A stretch of 64,000 nt of DNA from NCBI GenBank assembly GCA_043814055.1, contig JBDRKL010000012.1:64001-128000 (forward strand), read 5' to 3'. Every line of letters begins with the position of its first letter. Position 1 is the stretch's first letter. The translations under genes and the position numbers were made by a program. Under the pieces are notes generated by a model that saw only the letters and a list, made by a program, of their open reading frames with translations, was not told the DNA's origin and searched no databases. Source of the stretch: an archaeon (GTDB taxonomy: Archaea > Undinarchaeota > Undinarchaeia > Undinarchaeales > JBDRKL01). Shown piece after piece: positions 1 through 9,830 of the stretch.

Positions 1-119
1 TTTGGACCAGGGCTTTGGGTGGATTTTGCAATTTGGTCCCTGGTAGCGTTCAACATTGTCCGGCTGGTCCTGCTGTTCGGGCGTTTGCCGCCGAAGAATA
101 CTGTGTTCTTTTTCCCCAT
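1..119 (-). CDS. 5' portion of a hypothetical protein running off the window edge
   Basis: Minus-strand ATG at 119, frame open to position 1 (MGKKNTVFFGGKRPNSRTSRTML...); divergent from the PhoU-like gene. Confidence 0.4.
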   Translation of the reverse strand, partial: MGKKNTVFFGGKRPNSRTSRTMLNATRDQIAKSTQSPGP

Positions 120-215
120 AAACGTGGGAATCAATTACTATCTAATTACCAATTATCTCGTTCCAATAATAACTTGGCTGGGTGGTAATGCTTAAAGCAT
201 AGGAGGACAAATAAA

Positions 216-1064
216 ATGAAAATGATAGAAAAAATCAGGGAAAAAATCAAGGCTTACAAGGAGATGTATTACATCTGGAGGAAGCGGCCTACTGCAACGT
301 TCCAGGAAATAACTGACATCTGGACCAAGGAACCTATGCTGAAGAAGGCAAGGAAGAACGCTGTAGACATGCTTAAGCGCGATCAGTTCATGTTCAACGA
401 GGTTTCAAATGCACTCCTGACAGGCGAGATAATAAGGAAGACTTCAAAGGGCAAGACAGAGAGCATAGTTGACATCCTGCAGAGGGAAGACGAGAAGATA
501 AACGAGTACACGCAACAGATAAGGAGAGAGGTAATGAATTATATGGCGGACAACTCTGCGCCGAATGTTGAAGCCTCGCTTGTGCTTACCAGCTTGGTAA
601 TAGACCTTGAAAGATTAGGAGACCAGACAAAGGACCTTGCAAAGCTCACACTTATTAGCAAACCTGATTTTGAGAAGCGGACATATATGAGGGACATAGA
701 GAAACAGCAGAGGAGAATAATGGGAATGTTTGACAAGACCATCACGGCCTTTGAGAACAAGGACAAGGAAGTGGCGGGCGAGGTGATGGATGATAACGTC
801 TCACTCAGGAACGAGACCGACGTTTTGCTGCACACGCTAAGCACTGACAAAAACATACGCGGCAGGGAAATGCTGATGTACACGCTTTATATTCGGTTTT
901 ACAGAAGGGCTGCAGCGCACTTGGAGAACATCGCGTCAAGCGTGATTTCCCCGTTCCCATATCTGGGATTCAAGAGCGCGCCTGATGTGAAACTGCACAA
1001 GAAAAGGAAGAAGATGAGTAGGATTGTTAAAAAGAAGAGCAAGACTGCTAAAAGCCAATCCTAG
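216..1064 (+). CDS. PhoU-domain phosphate uptake regulator-like protein with Lys-rich C-terminal tail
   Basis: PhoU repeat motifs (EDEKINEY, DLERLGD, RRAAAHLENIA); SD GGAGG upstream. Confidence 0.8.
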   Translation: MKMIEKIREKIKAYKEMYYIWRKRPTATFQEITDIWTKEPMLKKARKNAVDMLKRDQFMFNEVSNALLTGEIIRKTSKGKTESIVDILQREDEKINEYTQQIRREVMNYMADNSAPNVEASLVLTSLVIDLERLGDQTKDLAKLTLISKPDFEKRTYMRDIEKQQRRIMGMFDKTITAFENKDKEVAGEVMDDNVSLRNETDVLLHTLSTDKNIRGREMLMYTLYIRFYRRAAAHLENIASSVISPFPYLGFKSAPDVKLHKKRKKMSRIVKKKSKTAKSQS

Positions 1065-1731
1065 TTCCGGTGAATTCCTGGTTTGAAAGAATTTTTTCTA
1101 TGTTAGCCAGGTCTTTGCCATTTACAATAGCCATCTTGATTTTGCTCTCTGCGAGCATCTCCGCCGCGACCTTGTCCATTATGGTTGCCTTGTTGGCCTC
1201 GTGCTCCTGGTCGCCGAGCTTTTTCAGCTCTTCGTAGGAGATTGTTTCAAGTGGTTTCGCGTCCTTGTTCTTCTTTGGGTCTGAGTCGTAAACATAATCA
1301 ACGTCAGTTCCTTTCACAACAAGCTCTGCACCCCAGGTTTTTGCAATTTCCACAGCCACTGCGTCGGTTCTTTGCCCGGGCCTGAAGCCGCCAGCAACTA
1401 TGATTTTGCCAGGGTGAGCTTTTGTGAGTGCAATAAATTCTGCCTCGCTTCGCGGGACTTCGGGGCAGGCGTTTTGGTCAAGGGCTGAGATTAGAGTTGA
1501 AGCAACGAATCGTGATGCTTGGATTCCGATTAGGTCAAGAAGACGCGGGTCCTTGGTGAATTTTTTCCCAGCCTTGCCAAATTCGCGGGAGAGTTTTCCG
1601 CCGCCGACAACAATTGCGAGCTCATGCTCTGCTGACCAATTTGAGACAGAAGAAGCTAGTTTTTCAAGAAATTCAAAGTCAACGGAATTCGGCGCGAGAA
1701 TTGAGCCGCCGAATTTGAGGACTGCTTTCAT
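1048..1731 (-). CDS. pyrH: UMP kinase
   Basis: VLKFGGS, VVGGG, GQRTDAVA, DVDYVYDSDPK motifs; start reassigned to MKAVLK at 1731. Confidence 0.93.
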   Translation of the reverse strand: MKAVLKFGGSILAPNSVDFEFLEKLASSVSNWSAEHELAIVVGGGKLSREFGKAGKKFTKDPRLLDLIGIQASRFVASTLISALDQNACPEVPRSEAEFIALTKAHPGKIIVAGGFRPGQRTDAVAVEIAKTWGAELVVKGTDVDYVYDSDPKKNKDAKPLETISYEELKKLGDQEHEANKATIMDKVAAEMLAESKIKMAIVNGKDLANIEKILSNQEFTGTRIGF

Positions 1732-1735
1732 TATA

Positions 1736-1942
1736 TTATATTGTTTCCTTGCCTGTTGCGCGCACCATGAACCCTGCAAGGCGGTTTCGCACTTTCTTGC
1801 TCGGGCAGTTGAGCTCGCGCGAGTCCATGAGCTCCTGGAGCGTTTTCTTGATTTGTTCAAAGTCAGGCTTGAACTTGGTTGGGTACTTCTCAATAAGGTC
1901 CTTACCTGCTCTTTTTATGAAAGTTTGTTTTATATTGCCCAT
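1736..1942 (-). CDS. rps17e: 30S ribosomal protein S17e
   Basis: MGNIKQTFIKR...DFEQIK...SKKVRNRLAGF signature; start at 1942. Confidence 0.93.
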   Translation of the reverse strand: MGNIKQTFIKRAGKDLIEKYPTKFKPDFEQIKKTLQELMDSRELNCPSKKVRNRLAGFMVRATGKETI

Positions 1943-1977
1943 TGTGGCACTTGTATCTATTAACTGCTTTATAAAGA

Positions 1978-2027
1978 TTGTCAAAGCGCAAGCTTTGACA
2001 AACAGCAGTTCACTCAGTGAATCGCTG
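1978..2027. repeat. Twin hairpin in divergent intergenic region
   Basis: TTGTCAAAGC-GCAA-GCTTTGACAA perfect 10-bp stem, followed by CAGC-A-GTTCAC...GTGAAT-C-GCTG. Confidence 0.6.
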
Positions 2028-2053
2028 GATTATTAAAGGAGAAGATACAGATA

Positions 2054-2842
2054 ATGCCTATGAATTTCTCAAAAGAACAGCTAGCAGAGCATGAGAAGAA
2101 CTCGGCAATCACCAAGCGGGAGCTGAAGGAAGCTCTTTCTAGTTCAGACCAGAGGATTTCACAGATAGTGACCTCTATTAGCGAGCTGGATGAATCAATT
2201 AATGTTAATGTTGAAAGGCTTAGGGAGTGGTATATGTTATATTACCCAGAGGTTGTGGCGAAGATAAAGAACAACGAGGCGTTCGTGAAGGCGACTGCAA
2301 AAGCGAAGTCAAGGGATGATTTTCATGACGTGCCGAAGGACTCCATAGGCGCGGATTTCGCGCAGACTGATGTGGACACGATGAGGATTTTAGCGCGCTC
2401 AATTCAGGAGACCTACGAGCTTCAGGAGAAGTTTAGGAATGTTCTGAAGACCCTGATGAAGGCGAATTACCCGAACTTGCAGACAGTTGCTGGGGATATT
2501 GTCGGCGCAAAGCTCATCGCGCATGCAGGAGATGCTGAGCGTTTGGCAAGGATGGCGAGCTCAACGATTCAAATTCTCGGCGCTGAGAAGGCTTTGTTCA
2601 GGCACATGACCACTGGAGCGAAATCTCCTAAATATGGAATTTTGCTCCAGCATCAACTGCTTCAGAGCGCAAGGCGCGGGGAGAAAGGCAAGGTTGCGCG
2701 GGCTGTGGCTGGGAAGATTTCAATTGCGGTGAAAGTGGATGTTTACGGCGGCGAGTACTGCGGGGACAAATTGAGAAAGGACATGGAACGGGCTGTGGAG
2801 AGGATTAAGGAGAAAGCTAAGAGGAAGGGGTTGAAAGGATGA
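2054..2842 (+). CDS. nop5: C/D box RNP protein Nop5/Nop58 (short form)
   Basis: ERLREWY..YYPE, STIQILGAEKALFRH, SPKYG motifs. Confidence 0.92.
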   Translation: MPMNFSKEQLAEHEKNSAITKRELKEALSSSDQRISQIVTSISELDESINVNVERLREWYMLYYPEVVAKIKNNEAFVKATAKAKSRDDFHDVPKDSIGADFAQTDVDTMRILARSIQETYELQEKFRNVLKTLMKANYPNLQTVAGDIVGAKLIAHAGDAERLARMASSTIQILGAEKALFRHMTTGAKSPKYGILLQHQLLQSARRGEKGKVARAVAGKISIAVKVDVYGGEYCGDKLRKDMERAVERIKEKAKRKGLKG

Positions 2843-3492
2843 ATAAGAAATTTGACCAAATAAGATACATTGGAAAAGACGTTGCAACCGAGAACATTGT
2901 TCCAGGCAGCCGGGTATATGGTGAGAAGATTGAGAAGAAGGCTGGGGTTGAATTCAGGCTCTGGGACCCGTACCGCTCAAAGATGGCTGCAGCGCTCAGG
3001 CAGGGCGTCAAGACTTTCCCATTTAAGGAAGATTCAAAAGTTCTTTATCTCGGGGCTGGGAATGGAACCACGGTTTCGCACATTGCAGATGTTTGCAAAC
3101 ACGGTTTTGTTTACTCAGTTGAGTTCTCACCAAGAGCTGTGACTGACTTGATGATGGTTGCTGATGAGAGGAAAAACATAATTCCAATTCTGGCGAATGC
3201 GAAATTCCCAGAGAGATATGCAGAGAAGGTGCCGCAGGTTGATATTCTTTATGAGGATGTTGCGCAAAAGGGGCAGGTTGACATTCTGAAAGTGAATGCG
3301 GACAAGTTCCTGAAGCAGGATGGGTATTTGTTTTTGATGGTTAAAGCAAGGTCAATTGATGTTACAAAGGAGCCAAAGTATGTGTTTGAAGTTGTGGCGA
3401 ATGAATTGATGGAGAATTACAAAATTTTAGAACGCATTAAGCTTGACCCGTACGAGAAGGACCATATGTGCATTGTGATGCAGAAGAAATGA
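2839..3492 (+). CDS. flpA: Fibrillarin-like rRNA/tRNA 2'-O-methyltransferase
   Basis: VYGEK, WDPYRSKMAA, VLYLGAGNGTTVSH, YEKDH motifs; coupled to nop5. Confidence 0.95.
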   Translation: MNKKFDQIRYIGKDVATENIVPGSRVYGEKIEKKAGVEFRLWDPYRSKMAAALRQGVKTFPFKEDSKVLYLGAGNGTTVSHIADVCKHGFVYSVEFSPRAVTDLMMVADERKNIIPILANAKFPERYAEKVPQVDILYEDVAQKGQVDILKVNADKFLKQDGYLFLMVKARSIDVTKEPKYVFEVVANELMENYKILERIKLDPYEKDHMCIVMQKK

Positions 3493-3613
3493 TACAACCT
3501 TTTTCCGCGAAGGCGCGCAAAAAGCTCAAACACACAAAGTGTGTTGAGCAACACGCTGTCGCGTGTTTGCTTGACCAAAAAAATTCGCTTCGCTCGAAAG
3601 GTAGAATATGATA
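3489..3613 (+). mobile_element. Multi-hairpin insert flanked by ATGATA direct repeats
   Basis: ATGATA at 3489 and 3608; outer stem ACCTTT/AAAGGT; internal hairpins at 3524-3549 and 3550-3567. Confidence 0.5.
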
Positions 3614-4525
3614 AGAGAAGAACTGCTCAATAAGGTCTCGCAAACCCTGCGCGAGGCAGGCTACGAAGTTGCGCTCCAGTGCACGCCAAGCTGTTTTGAC
3701 ATACTCGCCCGCAGTGGGCACATTCTGCTCGTGAAAGTTTTGACAAATGTTGACTCGCTCTATGAGGAGCAGGCCGAGGATTTGAAAAGGATTGCGGATG
3801 TTCTGGACGCTTCGCCGCTGCTCGTTGGCGGCACTGCGCGGGGCGAGATGATGAAGGAGAGCACGATGTATGAGAGGCACGGGATTCCTGCTGTTTCGTT
3901 TGACACTTTTGCCGAGACCATAGTTGATAAAAGATTGCCTTTTGTTTACGCGAAGAAGGGCGGGTTCTACGCGCACATCAACGCGGACTTTTTGAAGAAG
4001 TTGCGGGAGAAGAAAGACCTTTCTTTGAATGATTTGGCGCGGGAAGCCGGGGTTTCAAAAGCAACGATTCAGAATTATGAGAAGGGTGAGGGCGCTGAGG
4101 TTGACAATATCTTCCGCCTGCAGGAAGCGCTGGGCGACTTGGTTCTGGATCCCATTGACTTATTTGACTTTGAGGAGAAACCTATAGAGGTTCAGCCGCG
4201 GACTGTCTACGAGCGCGAAATTCACGCGCAGCTTGGCGATATAGGTTTTAAAACAACTGCGGTTACAAAGGCGGCGTTTAGCATTGTTGGAAAGCACAAG
4301 GATGATATTCTGCTCACTGGCTTGAGGAAGGAGTCAATTGAGAAAAAAGCGCAGGACATCCACGGGGCTTCAATGGCGCTTGAGCAGCACGGGATGTTCG
4401 TTGTGAACAAGGCGGTGCAGAAAAGCGTTTCAGGAGTTCCTGTTCTTGAAAGGAAAGAGCTTGACAAGGTTGTTACATCAAGGGAATTACTTAAAATACT
4501 GAAAGAACTAGAGGAGGAACAATGA
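3608..4525 (+). CDS. Archaeal HTH (Cro/C1-type) transcriptional regulator, COG1395-like
   Basis: SCFDILAR..LLVKVLTNVDSL, YERHGIP, XRE HTH LSLNDLAREAGVSKATIQNYEKG. Confidence 0.85.
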   Translation: MIREELLNKVSQTLREAGYEVALQCTPSCFDILARSGHILLVKVLTNVDSLYEEQAEDLKRIADVLDASPLLVGGTARGEMMKESTMYERHGIPAVSFDTFAETIVDKRLPFVYAKKGGFYAHINADFLKKLREKKDLSLNDLAREAGVSKATIQNYEKGEGAEVDNIFRLQEALGDLVLDPIDLFDFEEKPIEVQPRTVYEREIHAQLGDIGFKTTAVTKAAFSIVGKHKDDILLTGLRKESIEKKAQDIHGASMALEQHGMFVVNKAVQKSVSGVPVLERKELDKVVTSRELLKILKELEEEQ

Positions 4526-4845
4526 GCGAAACCATTATTGTGCAGAAAGGATTCAGGAATTTGAAAGAGTTTATAGCAGGGCAGAATAATTTTTACGCGT
4601 ATTTCCTAAAAGGGAATGACTGGGGTGAGATTCGCAGGAGGCATCCTTGGTTCAAGAGATTCCAGAAAGAACATCCAGAGTTGGAAAAAGCACTGGTAAA
4701 GGCAGTGGGAAAAGCAGTAAAGGAACGGGACGAATATCCTTACGAGCAATTGTTTGAGGCGTACAAACTGATGTCAGAGATGGTGCATTCGGGCGATTTC
4801 AAGAAGGGAAGATACAAGGAACCTAGCCGGATTTTGATTTCGTGA
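4522..4845 (+). CDS. Hypothetical protein
   Basis: ATGA-coupled 107-aa ORF with GAGGAGG upstream. Confidence 0.6.
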   Translation: MSETIIVQKGFRNLKEFIAGQNNFYAYFLKGNDWGEIRRRHPWFKRFQKEHPELEKALVKAVGKAVKERDEYPYEQLFEAYKLMSEMVHSGDFKKGRYKEPSRILIS

Positions 4846-4866
4846 GTTGTTCAAATACCCCAAGGC

Positions 4867-6456
4867 TCACTCTTCACCCAACTTCTCAAGTATAGTGTCA
4901 AGTTTTGCATCAATCTCGTCAAGCCGCTTTTCAATATCCTCATCTGAAACAGCAGCAGGAGTTTCAACCACGGATTCTTCCGCCTCAACCACTTCAGCCC
5001 CACCGAACATTGTTTTCAGGAGCGCTGCGTGTACATCGTCAAGATTTGAATATTCCGCGGTCTTAATTACATAAGCCCGCTCCTCTTCGCCAAGCAAGTT
5101 GACCCCTGCAAGAGCCATTATCCTCTGGCCGCTGCCAGAGCCGCTCACGATTGATGACAGCGCATACAAATTCTTGTCTTCGTCCTGATAAATCTGAACC
5201 TGTTGCGGTATCCAGCCCTCAAAGTTCTGCACCTCTGCGCGCGCGAACCTGAATATCTTGTTCACTCCGGCGAGATTTCTCTCCAGCTTGTCAAGTTTTA
5301 ATAGCGTGATTTCTCCAGAGTTCGTATGGTCTGCTCCAACGAGGAGTATTCCCGCAATCCTTGCGCCGCTTATCTCTCCGCCTATCGGCTCGTAAACAAC
5401 CACCCAGTATAACTTGTCATTGTATACTGTGAGGAAGGGGTATTTCTGCCACGTGCTGGAGCTGCTGCTGAGCTGACCGCCTGGAATCTCGTACAGGGAT
5501 TCGCCATCTGATGAGCGCTGTGTGACGTGCTTAGCCCACCAGCCGAACCTGTTGTAACCGTATACATTGGCCTGCTGGAGCGCTAGGCTCTCTGGGTAGC
5601 AGCGGACGTCCCCACCCAGGAACTCTGAGAGCTCCTGAAGCTCGTCCGGGTTGTAATGCGTTATATCCGAATTTTTAGCGTTTACCAATGTGACGCCTTC
5701 AAATGATTTCTTGTATGTGAATATGAACCAGTTGATTGAGGTCCTTGGATAAACCCACCAGTACCCGCCGTCTGCGTCGGTTGTTATGTAGCCGTCATCA
5801 ACCAGCCAAAGCCTGTTGTGGTACCAGGCACGGCGCTTTGAGTAATCCCAAAAGAGCTTGGCCTCTGTGTGCTCCAAGTCAATCTCTGTGACAACAGGGC
5901 TGGCCTCTATCTCTGCCGAGGTTTGGGAAACGCCTGGTGCGCTTTTTGTGAGCTGGTTTATGAGGCCTCGCGGTTCTATTACTGCGCGCCACACGAGCTC
6001 TCCTTCTTCATAGACAGGGTCAGTGTCAATTACATCAGCCCAGCCAAAGCGGTTAGCGCGAAGCCTGATTCCTCCAGTGTTCTCCGGGACTTTTCTGACA
6101 ACGCTCGTCTGGAAGAGGGTGGTTTCCTTTAGCTCAGCGAGGTCTACTTCCTGCGCGTTGAAGTCTGCGCCATCCTCCACGTTGTAGAAGCTTGGGGACA
6201 TGCCGACCCAGAGAATGCTCCAGACGCCGCCGATAGCGATTACGGCGATGAAATATGCTATGATTAGCTTTGCAGAGTTGTTAATCTGCAGAGGGACTGG
6301 CTCTTCAGAATCAAACTTGAGTACATTGAGAGCCAGGAGTATGCCGGGAATTCCGAAGAAGATTCCGAAGTACACGATTTGCACGTCCAGGGATTGCCAC
6401 CATAGGAAATAAGTTATGAGCAAAAGCGGTATTACAAGAAATAGGTTTTTTTTCAT
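4867..6456 (-). CDS. Membrane-anchored hypothetical protein (about 3 N-terminal TM helices, large soluble domain)
   Basis: 529-aa ORF, hydrophobic N-terminus, short coiled-coil C-terminus. Confidence 0.7.
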   Translation of the reverse strand: MKKNLFLVIPLLLITYFLWWQSLDVQIVYFGIFFGIPGILLALNVLKFDSEEPVPLQINNSAKLIIAYFIAVIAIGGVWSILWVGMSPSFYNVEDGADFNAQEVDLAELKETTLFQTSVVRKVPENTGGIRLRANRFGWADVIDTDPVYEEGELVWRAVIEPRGLINQLTKSAPGVSQTSAEIEASPVVTEIDLEHTEAKLFWDYSKRRAWYHNRLWLVDDGYITTDADGGYWWVYPRTSINWFIFTYKKSFEGVTLVNAKNSDITHYNPDELQELSEFLGGDVRCYPESLALQQANVYGYNRFGWWAKHVTQRSSDGESLYEIPGGQLSSSSSTWQKYPFLTVYNDKLYWVVVYEPIGGEISGARIAGILLVGADHTNSGEITLLKLDKLERNLAGVNKIFRFARAEVQNFEGWIPQQVQIYQDEDKNLYALSSIVSGSGSGQRIMALAGVNLLGEEERAYVIKTAEYSNLDDVHAALLKTMFGGAEVVEAEESVVETPAAVSDEDIEKRLDEIDAKLDTILEKLGEE

Positions 6457-6615
6457 AAGAGTGGTGTAATGTGGAGGGGGTAATATAGTTTGGGGGATAG
6501 GGAGTTAGGAAAAAAGAGTTAGTTTTCTGCAAAGCCCCCCTCATTCGTAACACTTATATACTACTTTTAGTAGAGTATACAGTCCGATTAATTTTACTGG
6601 GAGGTAAATAAACAA

Positions 6616-8265
6616 ATGACACAAATGGGAGGGCAGCCTGTCTACATTATGTCAGACAAGGCGCAGAGGACCATGGGCAGGGATGCCCAGCGAATGAACA
6701 TCATGGCCGGTCGAATAGTTGCCGAGACCGTGAGAACTACTTTAGGCCCGAAGGGAATGGACAAGATGCTTGTTGATTCTTTGGGCGATGTTGTGATTAC
6801 GAACGACGGCGCGACCATACTGACCGAGATGGACATAAACCACCCGGCAGCGAAGATGCTGGTTGAGGTCGCGAAGACCCAGGACAAAGAGGTCGGCGAC
6901 GGAACAACTACAGCTGTTGTTATCGCAGGCGAGCTCCTGAAGAAGGCAGAGGAGCTTTTGGACCAGGGCATACACCCGACAGTCATAACAAGGGGTTACC
7001 GCCTGGCGAACGACAAGGCTCAGGAAGTGCTGGAGAGCATTGCCGAGAATGTCTCGCACACCGACAGGGACACGCTTGAGAAAATCGCAATGACCGCGAT
7101 GACCGGAAAATCAGCTGAGAGGGCAAGAGAAAGTCTTGCGAAGCTCGCTGTTGAGGCAGTCACGCTGGTCGCTGATGAACGCGATGGAAAAAGGACAGTG
7201 AACCAGGACAATATCAAGCTGGAGAAGAAGCAGGGCGGCTCAATTGACGACTCAGAGCTGATAAAAGGGATTATACTTGACAAGGAAAGAGCCCACTCTG
7301 GAATGCCAGAGCGCGTTGAAAAAGCAAAGATCGCTTTGGTTGACGCTGCGATTGAAATCAAGAAGACAGAGACCGACGCTGAGATAAGCATCACAGACCC
7401 GAGCAAGCTCAAGGACTTCCTTGACCAGGAAGAGAACATGCTGAAAGAGATGGTTGAGAAGGTCAAGAAGTCTGGCGCGAACGTGCTGTTCTGCCAGAAG
7501 GGCATAGAGGACATTGCACAGCACTTCCTAGCAAAGGCAGGAATCCTGGCTGCGCGAAGGGTTAAGAAGAGCGACATGGACGCGCTCGCAAGGGCCACGG
7601 GCGGAAAGGTTGTTTCAAGCCTTGACAGCCTGACAGAAAAGGACCTTGGCTACGCAGGCATTGTTGAGGAGAAGAAAATTGCAGGCGACGAAATGATGTT
7701 CGTGACCGGCTGCAAGTCCCCGAAAGCTGTTTCCGTTCTAGTGAGGGGCGGGACAGAGCACGTTGTGGACGAGGTTGAGCGCGCATTGAAGGACGCAGTC
7801 GGCGGAGTCGCATCTGCAATTGAGCTTGGAAAAATTGTTGGCGGCGGCGGGGCTGTTGAGATGGAAGTCGTGAAGGAGCTGAGAAAAGCTGCTGAGAAAA
7901 CAGGCGGCAGGGAACAGCTCGCAATGACAGCTTTCGCAGACGCGCTGGAAATCATTCCAAGAACCCTTGCTGAGAACGCAGGTCTTGACACAATAGACAA
8001 GCTCGTTGAGCTCAGGAGCCAGCACGAGAAAGCAGGAAACAAATGGATCGGGCTTGACGTGTTCACTGGAAAGACTATGGACATGTACAAGGAAGGCGTC
8101 ATAGAGCCGCTCAAGATAAAGACGCAGGCGATTAAGAGCGCGTCAGAAGCGGCAGAAATGATTCTGCGCATAGACGACATTATCAGCGCAAGGAACATGA
8201 GTGAGTCCGGCGGTGGCGGTGGAATGCCGCCTGAAGGAATGGGTGGAATGCCAGGGATGATGTAA
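6616..8265 (+). CDS. thsA: Thermosome (group II chaperonin) subunit
   Basis: [20 protein letters not shown]-rich tail; TATA TTATATA near 6555 and SD GGAGGT. Confidence 0.97.
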   Translation: MTQMGGQPVYIMSDKAQRTMGRDAQRMNIMAGRIVAETVRTTLGPKGMDKMLVDSLGDVVITNDGATILTEMDINHPAAKMLVEVAKTQDKEVGDGTTTAVVIAGELLKKAEELLDQGIHPTVITRGYRLANDKAQEVLESIAENVSHTDRDTLEKIAMTAMTGKSAERARESLAKLAVEAVTLVADERDGKRTVNQDNIKLEKKQGGSIDDSELIKGIILDKERAHSGMPERVEKAKIALVDAAIEIKKTETDAEISITDPSKLKDFLDQEENMLKEMVEKVKKSGANVLFCQKGIEDIAQHFLAKAGILAARRVKKSDMDALARATGGKVVSSLDSLTEKDLGYAGIVEEKKIAGDEMMFVTGCKSPKAVSVLVRGGTEHVVDEVERALKDAVGGVASAIELGKIVGGGGAVEMEVVKELRKAAEKTGGREQLAMTAFADALEIIPRTLAENAGLDTIDKLVELRSQHEKAGNKWIGLDVFTGKTMDMYKEGVIEPLKIKTQAIKSASEAAEMILRIDDIISARNMSESGGGGGMPPEGMGGMPGMM

Positions 8266-8356
8266 GGCCTCGGTCTGTTTAGCCCACTTCGCGAAGCGAA
8301 TGTGGGTGCTCACCCTCCGCGAGCAGGCGGAGGTGTGGATGCCGGGGATGATGTAG
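8266..8356. repeat. Palindromic insert followed by a second copy of the thermosome 3' end
   Basis: ATGCCAGGGATGATGTAA (8248-8265) vs ATGCCGGGGATGATGTAG (8339-8356), enclosing two hairpins. Confidence 0.7.
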
Positions 8357-8376
8357 ATACCCAATAAATAATCTGA

Positions 8377-8418
8377 AGAGGGGCTCAATACAAGGGCTCC
8401 TCTTTTTCTAATTTTTTA
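8377..8418 (+). terminator. Stem-loop plus T-tract terminator
   Basis: AGAGGGGCTC/GGGCTCCTCT stem followed by T-rich runs. Confidence 0.6.
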
Positions 8419-8470
8419 ATCGTTATCATAAGCTTTAAATAGATACTTTCTTTATTCCGCAGTGGTAACA

Positions 8471-9061
8471 ATGCCGCTAAGAGAGGAAACTTACGAAATA
8501 GTCCCGATTGACCCTGTTCACAAGGCTGAGAGGAAGCACGAGAGCCTTGAGAAGGAAATTGCAGACATAAAAGCCGCGATGAGGGGGACTGTTGGAATTT
8601 CAAAGCTCCAGTCAGGGGCTGATGAATTAATACATCACATGCTTGACTTGCTGAAGAGTTCGCAGAACATGGTTGAAGAGGTCGCGAAGTCAAACCAGCA
8701 GGTTTCGCTCAAGATTCAGGAGGGGCTGGACAAGATGAACGCGGTGAACGAGCAGATGTCCGGCAAGCTCGCGAAGATTCTTGAGATGTTCTCCCAGGCT
8801 GCAGCGGCAATGGGCGGGGACGATGGCTCCGAGGAGCTCGCCAAGGCAATTACTGGATTGAACAAGTCAATTGAAACTCTTGTTGAAAAGACCGGGGAGA
8901 ACACGCAGATACTAAAGTCAATTGAAAAGAACCTGAGAGGCCCGGCGGCAAAGCCGCGAAGCGCAATGCCAATGTTGCAGAGGCCGAACTTCCCGCCGGC
9001 TCCGAGGGGAATGCCGCCGCTCGGGCAGGGTGAGCTCCCACCACCGCCACCGCCAATGTGA
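8471..9061 (+). CDS. Coiled-coil protein with Pro-rich C-terminus, upstream of the pilus locus
   Basis: Heptad-like helical sequence with PPPPPPM end; ATG at 8471. Confidence 0.7.
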   Translation: MPLREETYEIVPIDPVHKAERKHESLEKEIADIKAAMRGTVGISKLQSGADELIHHMLDLLKSSQNMVEEVAKSNQQVSLKIQEGLDKMNAVNEQMSGKLAKILEMFSQAAAAMGGDDGSEELAKAITGLNKSIETLVEKTGENTQILKSIEKNLRGPAAKPRSAMPMLQRPNFPPAPRGMPPLGQGELPPPPPPM

Positions 9062-9074
9062 GGTAAAAAATTGA

Positions 9075-9281
9075 ATGACCACAAGAAAGTCACGGAAAAT
9101 AGTAATTCAACTTGCCATACTATTGGCTTTCATATTTGGGGCAATGGTTGCCGTGGTTGCATACTACACAGGAAGCACGATGATGGGGTTGATATTTTTG
9201 ACCGCGATACAAATCATAATACTGCTCGCTGTTCTGTTTATGATGGAGACCATAACAGAGTTGCTGGAGGCTAAACTATGA
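9075..9281 (+). CDS. Small two-TM membrane protein
   Basis: Two hydrophobic segments; GAGGT upstream. Confidence 0.6.
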   Translation: MTTRKSRKIVIQLAILLAFIFGAMVAVVAYYTGSTMMGLIFLTAIQIIILLAVLFMMETITELLEAKL

Positions 9282-9322
9282 CCCAAGAAACATATATAAA
9301 GGCAGAGGCATTAAGACGAAAT

Positions 9323-9787
9323 ATGAATTTCCCATTGGGCAACCGAAGAGGTATCACACCCATTATTTCAGTTATCTTATTACTGATGATGACCATAGCC
9401 ATCGCTGGCTTGGCTTATACCTGGCTGCAGGGCCTGCAGACAACTATAGAAGAGTCTACTGAGAACACTACAACGAGAATGCTAGGCGAGATGAATGTTG
9501 AGCTCAGACTAGATGGAGCATCTGGGTCACCCATCAGCGGGAGCGGCTACTGCAATGCGACTGTTTACGTGAGGAATAAAGGAACTGAGAGGGCGGACAA
9601 TCTTCAGCTCTATGTTAACGACTTAATGGTTGTTGGCGGGAATATAACTTCACTTTCACCCGGATCAACAGTCAGTTGGGCATACGTAAATTCATCCACG
9701 CTTAATGTCACGAACAACACATTCCACAAGTTCAAGATAGTGAGTGACGAGACCGAAGCATCTGAGAGCATAAAGGTTCTTTGCTGA
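9323..9787 (+). CDS. Type IV pilin (archaellin/pilin N-terminal domain), probable major pilin
   Basis: Class III signal RRG/ITPIISVILLLMMTIAIAG; own TATA (ATATATAAA near 9292); alternative start 9278. Confidence 0.85.
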   Translation: MNFPLGNRRGITPIISVILLLMMTIAIAGLAYTWLQGLQTTIEESTENTTTRMLGEMNVELRLDGASGSPISGSGYCNATVYVRNKGTERADNLQLYVNDLMVVGGNITSLSPGSTVSWAYVNSSTLNVTNNTFHKFKIVSDETEASESIKVLC

Positions 9788-9830
9788 ACCCTAAGCAAAC
9801 TATTTTAAATTCCACTGCTTAGACAGGAGT

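Noticed and set aside
1732-1893. N-terminal extension of UMP kinase
   Set aside because: Alternative frame over rps17e; the family begins at MKAVLK
8345-8376. Possible C/D box sRNA (ATGATGT...CTGA)
   Set aside because: Box C is imperfect and explained by Met-Met-stop codons; too short and no C'/D' boxes
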